A stretch of DNA of 64,000 nt from positions 15,881-79,880 of the forward strand of contig JAJEHL010000022.1 of assembly GCA_022823725.1 (NCBI GenBank). The letters are read 5' to 3'. The notes beneath the pieces were generated by a model. That model saw only the letters and a list, made by a program, of their open reading frames with translations. It ran no database searches and was not told the DNA's origin. Position 1 is the first letter of the stretch. Every line of letters starts with the position of its first letter. A program made the position numbers and the translations under genes. The DNA is from Candidatus Latescibacterota bacterium (GTDB lineage Bacteria; Latescibacterota; UBA2968). Positions 57,529-64,000 of the stretch are shown one piece after another.

Positions 57529-58908
57529 ATGCCTGAACACCCCAACCTCGTATTTGTATTCCCCGACGAATATCGCAAACAAGCCATGGGATTCATGAAC
57601 GAAGACCCCGTAATAACCCCTAACATCGACCGATTTGCATCTGAAAGCCTGGTATTAACCGACGCCGTAAGCACCAGACCTGTATGCAGCCCCTATCGGG
57701 CAATGCTCTTCACCGGACAATATCCCCACGCCAATGGCGTACTCAGCAACGTCAACTCCACCACAGTACAATACGAAAACTACCTCCGGGAAAACGCACG
57801 GTGCTTCTCTGACGTCTTACACGACGCTGGCTACAACCAGGCGTATCTGGGCAAACTACACCTCGATCCCCCTAATGAACAATATCAATACACCGAAGGA
57901 CCGAGAGGAAATGGCGTCATCTGGGACTCATATACCCCGCCGGGACCGCGCAGACACGGCTATGACTTCTGGTATTCCTACGGCTGTTGCGACTGGCACT
58001 TCGACCCCCATTACTGGACTGGCAATGACCCCATAGACAAACGCATCGACCCGAAGGAATGGTCTCCCAAACACGAAACCGACATCGCAATAAACTACAT
58101 CCGCAACGAAGGTGGAAAATACAGAGATCCCAAAAAACCATTCTCACTCGTCATATCCCACAACCCGCCGCACATGCCATTCAAACAAGTACCGGAAAAA
58201 TACGTCGCCCAATACGGCGATGCCACCCATGAAGACCTCTTGACGCGCCCCAACGTACCCACAGACACAAGCGGCGACAGCGCCCGCGAAAATGTAAAAC
58301 ACTACTTCGCCATGGTAACCGGCGTCAATGAAAACTTCGGACGCATACTGGACTGTCTGAAAACAGAGGGCATGGAAGAAAACACCATCGTCGTCTTCAC
58401 CTCTGACCACGGCGAAATGATGGGCAGCCATGGCCGCATCGGCAAAACCGTACACTACGAAGAATCCTTCACCGTGCCATTCATCATCCGCTGGCCCGGA
58501 AAAATCACACCCGGCACAGATGACCTGTTAATCGGCACACCCGACTTGATGCCCACACTGCTCAACCTCATGGGCGTGGGACAGGTCCCCGACAGCGTCC
58601 AGGGAATGGATTACTCCGATATCCTCCTGGGTAAAAAAGGCACGCGCCCAGCATCTGCACTCTACCTCAACGTAATGCCCGACAACCCCGCTGGCGGATC
58701 GCGTGGCGTGCGCACACACCGACACACGTATGTGGTCACGCAAACAGGCGAAGACGAAGAAACAATCCTCCACGACAACATCGCGGACCCCTACCAGCTA
58801 CAAAACATCGCTGGCGATCATCCCGGCCTTGAAGCAGAACTTGAGGAAGAAATGAACAACTGGTTGAAAAAAACCGGCGACCCATGGTTGACGCGAATAG
58901 ACGAATAG
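57529..58908 (+). CDS. Sulfatase (Cys-type)
   Basis: PNLVFVFPDEYR, CSPYR, GKLHLD, SDHGEMMGSHG. Confidence 0.95.
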   Translation: MPEHPNLVFVFPDEYRKQAMGFMNEDPVITPNIDRFASESLVLTDAVSTRPVCSPYRAMLFTGQYPHANGVLSNVNSTTVQYENYLRENARCFSDVLHDAGYNQAYLGKLHLDPPNEQYQYTEGPRGNGVIWDSYTPPGPRRHGYDFWYSYGCCDWHFDPHYWTGNDPIDKRIDPKEWSPKHETDIAINYIRNEGGKYRDPKKPFSLVISHNPPHMPFKQVPEKYVAQYGDATHEDLLTRPNVPTDTSGDSARENVKHYFAMVTGVNENFGRILDCLKTEGMEENTIVVFTSDHGEMMGSHGRIGKTVHYEESFTVPFIIRWPGKITPGTDDLLIGTPDLMPTLLNLMGVGQVPDSVQGMDYSDILLGKKGTRPASALYLNVMPDNPAGGSRGVRTHRHTYVVTQTGEDEETILHDNIADPYQLQNIAGDHPGLEAELEEEMNNWLKKTGDPWLTRIDE

Positions 58909-58998
58909 ACGACCCCCGCCCCACCACCCAAAACCTCTGGATTGCGGCTAAAACCCTGCCGCAATGACGGCTTTCAGGTACATTACCTGTTTCATTGA
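58895..58998. repeat. REP-like family, long copy H
   Basis: Matches B, D and G; followed by the AACTGG...CCAGTTGTACACCG module (59009-59040). Confidence 0.9.
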
Positions 58999-59061
58999 TT
59001 CGTAGATGAACTGGTCTGAGAAGCGACCAGTTGTACACCGTTCCGCTGAAAGGAGCAATAA

Positions 59062-60372
59062 ATGGCAGACACCCCAAATCTCCTCGTCATCCACACCGAC
59101 GAACAAAGCTGCTGGACATTGAGCGCGTATGGCGGAACACTCGTCGAAACGCCCCACATCGACTCCCTCGCAAACGAAGGCGCGATCTTGACCAACTTCA
59201 TGGTCAACGTCGCCGTATGCACCCCATCCCGAGGCGTCTTCCTCACCGGGCGCTACGAACATGTACACGGTGCCTATCGCAACAACATCCCCCTCAACCG
59301 CGATGAAATCACATTTGCCCAGGCATTAAAAGACCGCGGATACGACACCGGATACGCGGGCAAATGGCATCTGGACGGACCCCCGCGCCCCGGCTGGGTA
59401 CACCCCGAACGCACAATGGGCTTTGACGACGCCCAATACATGTTCAACCGCGGACACTGGAAAAAAATTGAAGACGTCGAAATGGGCGATGTGCAACCCA
59501 CGGTGTTTAATTACAGGACCATGGGCGACGAAAAAACCTATCCAACAGACTGGCTAACCGAAAAAACCAATGAATTTTTGACGCGAGATCGAGAAAACCC
59601 ATTTTGTTTTATGCTCAGCATCCCCGATCCCCATCCGCCATTTACCGTGCGCCCACCCTACGACACCATGTACAACCCCGCAGACATGCCATTGCCCGAC
59701 ACGCGCAACGAAGAAAATAAGCCAAGCTGGGTAGCCAACAGACAGGCTCCGAAAGACGAAATCCTGCGCAAACACATGGCCCAATACTGCGGCATGGTCA
59801 AAGTCATAGACGACTGCGTGGGCAAAATGCTCAATGCACTCCGCGAAAAAGGGATCTTAGACAACACAATCGTGGTCTTCACATCCGACCACGGCGAATA
59901 CCTCGGCGAACACGGATTAATGGGCAAAAATCAACTCTATGAAACGGCGTATCGCGTCCCCATGTTAATCCGCTGGCCCGAAAAAATTCCGGCTGCCACG
60001 CGAATAGATCGCCTGGTCGGCTCCGTCGATTTCATGCCCACCATCTTGACCCTCATGGGATTTGAACCCTGTGGTCGCGAGCACGGACGAGATGCATCCG
60101 CACTCTTGCGCGGCGAAGAAACCGAATGGGACGACATCTGTTATATCCACCACGACCCCGACAGAGCCGGCGTATTCACCCCCAATTACGAACTCGCTTA
60201 TGTAAAGGACCACGACGCCATTCTCTTTGATCGTCAAAACGATCCCGACCAGGTGAACAACCTGTTTGACGCCCCCGAACACCGGGAAATGATCGCAACC
60301 ATGACCGCTGATCTCGCCGCACATCACGCATCGGTAGATTCCCCAGCGACGGAGTGGTTGCGGGAGTTGTAA
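59062..60372 (+). CDS. Sulfatase (Cys-type)
   Basis: PNLLVIHTDEQ, CTPSR, GKWHLDG, SDHGEYLGEHG. Confidence 0.95.
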   Translation: MADTPNLLVIHTDEQSCWTLSAYGGTLVETPHIDSLANEGAILTNFMVNVAVCTPSRGVFLTGRYEHVHGAYRNNIPLNRDEITFAQALKDRGYDTGYAGKWHLDGPPRPGWVHPERTMGFDDAQYMFNRGHWKKIEDVEMGDVQPTVFNYRTMGDEKTYPTDWLTEKTNEFLTRDRENPFCFMLSIPDPHPPFTVRPPYDTMYNPADMPLPDTRNEENKPSWVANRQAPKDEILRKHMAQYCGMVKVIDDCVGKMLNALREKGILDNTIVVFTSDHGEYLGEHGLMGKNQLYETAYRVPMLIRWPEKIPAATRIDRLVGSVDFMPTILTLMGFEPCGREHGRDASALLRGEETEWDDICYIHHDPDRAGVFTPNYELAYVKDHDAILFDRQNDPDQVNNLFDAPEHREMIATMTADLAAHHASVDSPATEWLREL

Positions 60373-60381
60373 GGAGGATCT

Positions 60382-60861
60382 ATGGCATTTGATTCACGGC
60401 TGCAACGAGACATAATGGGGCGGTTTGCAACAGGTGTCACCGTCGTCACCACGCGATATAAAAACGGCGACATAACCGGCATGACAGCCAACGCCGTCAT
60501 GTCTTTGTCGCTGGATCCACCGCTCGTCGTGGTATCGGTCGATAAATCGGCCACCATGCACAGCGCCTTATCGGACGGACAGTGTTATGCAATCAACATC
60601 CTCACCCGAGAGCAAGAGCATCTGTCCAACCGATTTGCCATGCCGGGGCCAAAGGACTTTTCCGACCTGACATTGCGCGAAAGCGAAACAGGTGCGCCGA
60701 TCCTGGAGGAAACACTGGGATATCTCGACTGCAAGATAGTGAACATCTTGCCAGCAGGCGACCACGACATGTTTGTAGGAGAAATACTGGCGGGAGAATT
60801 GGGAGAGGGAAATCCGTTGCTCTATTATGGAGGGAAGTATCGAAGTATGGCAGAAGAATAA
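60382..60861 (+). CDS. Flavin reductase-like protein
   Basis: FATGVTVVT, GMTAN, SLDPP, GDH.MFVG, PLLYYGG. Confidence 0.92.
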   Translation: MAFDSRLQRDIMGRFATGVTVVTTRYKNGDITGMTANAVMSLSLDPPLVVVSVDKSATMHSALSDGQCYAINILTREQEHLSNRFAMPGPKDFSDLTLRESETGAPILEETLGYLDCKIVNILPAGDHDMFVGEILAGELGEGNPLLYYGGKYRSMAEE

Positions 60862-60863
60862 GC

Positions 60864-62579
60864 TCAGGTATGGACATACATATCCAAAAATTGCTTTTCC
60901 CCTTCCGAACTGCCAATAAGGAGGATCTCCGCCGCTCCTGGCAAAGGTTCATTGGGATCGGGGTTGAGCTGCATTTCGTGGTTATCATTAACAGCGATAA
61001 CCGTACACCCCGTATTTTTGCGAATAGCCGAATTTGCAATCGTCTTTCCAACAAGAGAAGAGGGCATCTTCATCCTGAACACGCTGATATCCTCACTAAA
61101 CACACTCAGGCTCTCTGCCACCGTCAGGGTATCACTGCGTTTTAAGAAATTGAAAATCGCATCTGCGCCCATCGACGCATAAGACATGACAAAATCCGCG
61201 CCTGCGCGGTGCAGTGTTGCGATATTTCTCTCTTGCGTAACACGGCTTATAATCTGAATTTCCGGATTTAATCGCCGGCAATAAACCGTGAGATAAACAT
61301 TGATATCATCGTCGTGCGTCGTAATAATAACCGTCAACGCATTCATAATCTCGGCTCTTTTTAAAACCTCAAAATCTGCGGCATTGCCCACAATACAATT
61401 ATCGAGCCTCTGAGCTTGCTCGGGATCTTTTTCCACAATCCGATAGTCAATACCCTGTTCCACAAGTGTGCGTGCAACCTCCATGCCAACGCCACCACCA
61501 CCGATGATGACAACGGGAGCATTTGAAACTTTGTAGATACAGAACAACTCGTTAAATCTATCCAATTGACTCTGTGTCCCCGTCATAACCAGCACAGTGT
61601 GGGGGCCAATACGGGTATCGGGCAATGCCGACTGAAAAATACCGCGTTCCCAAACGCCGACAGCCGTCAGACCCAGTTCTCTACGCAGGCCAATCTCCTC
61701 GAGCGTTTTGCCCACAAGGGGCGTATGCGCCGCTGTGGTCTCCGCAATAAACAGATCTTCGTACTGACCGATCACATGCGCTGCGGTATCCCCGCTCTGG
61801 GTGCGTCGCGCAAGAGATGAGCCGAGCATCTTGTCGAGCTGAAGAACATGGTCGCATCCCGCTAATTCGAGAATATCCACGGAATCGGGATCGTCTGCTC
61901 TGGCAATAATCGGCACAGTGGGATTGAGGTCGCGCACAGTAAATGCAACGTGAGTATTGATCGGATCGGTATCTGTTGCCGCGACAAGAGCCGCTTGTTC
62001 AATCTGCATTTTTTTGTACGTTTCAGGATTGTCCAAATCCCCAACCACAACATTGATACCCTGATCGTACAGTTGCTGTGCATGCGCCAAATCTGGCGTG
62101 ATGAGATAATAGGAATAGTGGTAGCGATCCAGCTTGTTGATAAGCGCTTGTGTAATGGGGTCATAATGGGTCAAAAGAACATGGTCTCGCGCACTGCGGG
62201 GCAACTGACGCGGCGCGCGGGTTTCGGATTGGGCTTGAATCCACGGCGCGTAAAAAAACTGAATAAAAGTAAACGGCAAAACAATAAGCAAAAAAACCAT
62301 ACCAGTCAGCAAAACGATCATAGAAAAAAAACGCCCCAAATCCCCATGGAAGGTAATATCGCCAAAACCCAATGTTGACATAACCGTAAGCGTCCAATAA
62401 AAACCCGTAAACCAGCTAAACTCCTGGCCCTCTCTCAGCATAATCAGATGAAAAAAAACACTGAAAATTGTAACAATCACCGAAAAGGCCAGCAACAATT
62501 TGAACAGCACACCCAGATTTCGCCGAGCTGTGCGCTTTCCCAATAAAAAGGCGAGTTGCGGGGCAAGGCCTTTGAGCAT
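60864..62579 (-). CDS. Two-TM potassium channel with tandem RCK (TrkA-N/TrkA-C) domains
   Basis: TVMSTLGFGDI filter, two RCK N+C repeats, GGGGVG. Confidence 0.88.
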   Translation of the reverse strand: MLKGLAPQLAFLLGKRTARRNLGVLFKLLLAFSVIVTIFSVFFHLIMLREGQEFSWFTGFYWTLTVMSTLGFGDITFHGDLGRFFSMIVLLTGMVFLLIVLPFTFIQFFYAPWIQAQSETRAPRQLPRSARDHVLLTHYDPITQALINKLDRYHYSYYLITPDLAHAQQLYDQGINVVVGDLDNPETYKKMQIEQAALVAATDTDPINTHVAFTVRDLNPTVPIIARADDPDSVDILELAGCDHVLQLDKMLGSSLARRTQSGDTAAHVIGQYEDLFIAETTAAHTPLVGKTLEEIGLRRELGLTAVGVWERGIFQSALPDTRIGPHTVLVMTGTQSQLDRFNELFCIYKVSNAPVVIIGGGGVGMEVARTLVEQGIDYRIVEKDPEQAQRLDNCIVGNAADFEVLKRAEIMNALTVIITTHDDDINVYLTVYCRRLNPEIQIISRVTQERNIATLHRAGADFVMSYASMGADAIFNFLKRSDTLTVAESLSVFSEDISVFRMKMPSSLVGKTIANSAIRKNTGCTVIAVNDNHEMQLNPDPNEPLPGAAEILLIGSSEGEKQFLDMYVHT

Positions 62580-62708
62580 ATCATTTATTCCTTAAAAAAA
62601 GGGGCTGGGGACTGGTTGAGTTGATCGCTGGAAATCAGCCATCAGCTAACCGCTTGTTTTCAAAGATAGAATATCACAATAGCCGTGTCAAATAGGAAGG
62701 AGTTCAAA

Positions 62709-64000
62709 ATGTCATCCAGGTACAACATCCTGCTCATAATCTCAGAAGACAATGGGCAACATATCAGTTGTTATGGTGACCCTTATGCACGAACGCCGCA
62801 CATAGACAAACTCGCCTCTGAAGGCGTGCGATTTGAAAACATGTATGCGACACAGGCCGTATGCAGTCCCGGGCGGGCGAGTATTCTAACCGGATTATAT
62901 CCGCACCAGAATGGTCAGTTCGGATTGGCAACTCACAAGTACGCATTGTACGATGATTTTCCCAACATGCCTCGCCTGTTAAAAAACGAAGGATACAGAA
63001 CCGGACTAATCGGCAAATTGCACATCAACCCCGAAAACGCCTTTCCCTACGACCTGCGGTGGAATCCCAAAGAATTTATCAGCTTTGCCAACCGCGACGT
63101 ACGCAAAATGGCCGAAGTAGCGGGCGAATTTATGAAACCATCCGACGCGCCGTTCTTTTTACAAATCAGCTTTCCCGACGCGCACCTGCCATTCCACCGC
63201 CAACAATTCGGCGTACCAGAGTACCCACAGGAAGGCAAAGACGTCGAGACACTCCCATTCGTCGGTATCGACACCCCCCGCCTCAGAGAGGAAACCGCGG
63301 ACTATTACAACTGCATGTCCAGATTGGACACCGGCATAGGACTGGTATTAGAACAACTCAGAGCACTTGGAAAAGCCGAAAATACACTCGTGATCTTTAC
63401 AACCGATCACGGCGCCCAGTTCTCTCGGGGAAAAACATCGATCTACGAAGGCGGATTGCGCATACCGCTAATCGTGCGATGCCCCGGCATTGGTCTTGAA
63501 GGTCACACACGCGACGAATTGGTATCGCAAATCGACATTTTGCCAACCGTGACAGACATTTTGGGAATAGCGTGTCCCACAGGTGTGGCAGGCGCATCCT
63601 TTGCCCCCCTGTTAAAAGGACAAAAAATTGAATGGCGCACCCATCTATACGCCGAATGGGGAAGCGGTGGCGTCGTCACGTATTTCCCACAGCGCTCCGT
63701 GCGAAACGACCGATACAAACTCATCGCCAATCTCCTCCAGGACCGCCCAAGCCCGAGCGCACAGGGATATTCGGACAGAAACCAAAAGTGGACATCCGGC
63801 GCGACACAAGAAGAAATTGCCGGTTCCGATAAGCGCACCCGGGCAGCATACCAACTCTACGAACAACCGCCCGAATACGAACTCTACGACCTGCAAAACG
63901 ACCCCTATGAATTTGAAAACCTATCCGACAACCCGGCATACCGCGACATATTGCAGGCATTAAAAAATCGCCTTGAAATCTGGCAAAAAGAAACCAGCGA
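62709..64000 (+). CDS. Sulfatase (N-sulfoglucosamine sulfohydrolase-like), 3' truncated by window edge; absent from the ORF track
   Basis: MSSRYNILLIISEDNG...CSPGRASILTG...GKLHI...TTDHG...ELYDLQNDPYE; no stop before 64000. Confidence 0.93.
   Translation, partial: MSSRYNILLIISEDNGQHISCYGDPYARTPHIDKLASEGVRFENMYATQAVCSPGRASILTGLYPHQNGQFGLATHKYALYDDFPNMPRLLKNEGYRTGLIGKLHINPENAFPYDLRWNPKEFISFANRDVRKMAEVAGEFMKPSDAPFFLQISFPDAHLPFHRQQFGVPEYPQEGKDVETLPFVGIDTPRLREETADYYNCMSRLDTGIGLVLEQLRALGKAENTLVIFTTDHGAQFSRGKTSIYEGGLRIPLIVRCPGIGLEGHTRDELVSQIDILPTVTDILGIACPTGVAGASFAPLLKGQKIEWRTHLYAEWGSGGVVTYFPQRSVRNDRYKLIANLLQDRPSPSAQGYSDRNQKWTSGATQEEIAGSDKRTRAAYQLYEQPPEYELYDLQNDPYEFENLSDNPAYRDILQALKNRLEIWQKETS

Noticed and set aside
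4783-58998. The repeated hairpins as a CRISPR array or as plain terminators
   Set aside because: They are dispersed, with no regular spacers. They lack U-tracts and keep one orientation regardless of transcription direction.
60864-62579. K+ channel with GFG filter and double RCK as a novelty
   Set aside because: TLGFGD filters and tandem RCK domains are a common prokaryotic architecture.

Overview
Bacterial chromosomal segment, about 55 genes, no rRNA and no CRISPR array. It is dominated by carbohydrate and sulfate-ester catabolism: 7 Cys-type sulfatases, GH2, sugar isomerases, Gfo/Idh/MocA and SDR dehydrogenases, DgoD and RhaB. That content resembles polysaccharide-degrading lineages such as Latescibacterota, Poribacteria or PVC; the taxon is my inference only. 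The main hidden signal is selenium recoding that the ORF track misses. A minus-strand cluster reads msrP > exported Sec-containing redoxin-TPR protein (WASW-U-GC, split into two ORFs in the track) > selD (itself a selenoprotein, CGG-U) > tRNA-Sec. A separate soluble iodothyronine-deiodinase-like selenoprotein (FGSFT-U-PPF) lies at 49.2-49.8 kb. All three UGA codons are followed by a hairpin whose loop starts exactly 20 nt downstream. Other notable items: a CBS / KorA / KorB-CBS operon, two S1/P1 nuclease paralogues (one with altered Zn ligands), a single-ORF BsuBI/PstI-type methylase-endonuclease fusion beside an orphan C5 methylase, a BrnT/BrnA toxin-antitoxin pair, a tnpA-less IS200/IS605 element with apparently intact TnpB, and an 8-copy, same-orientation, nested REP-like hairpin family. 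Several CDS starts were moved from the ORF track to the likelier RBS-supported ATG.
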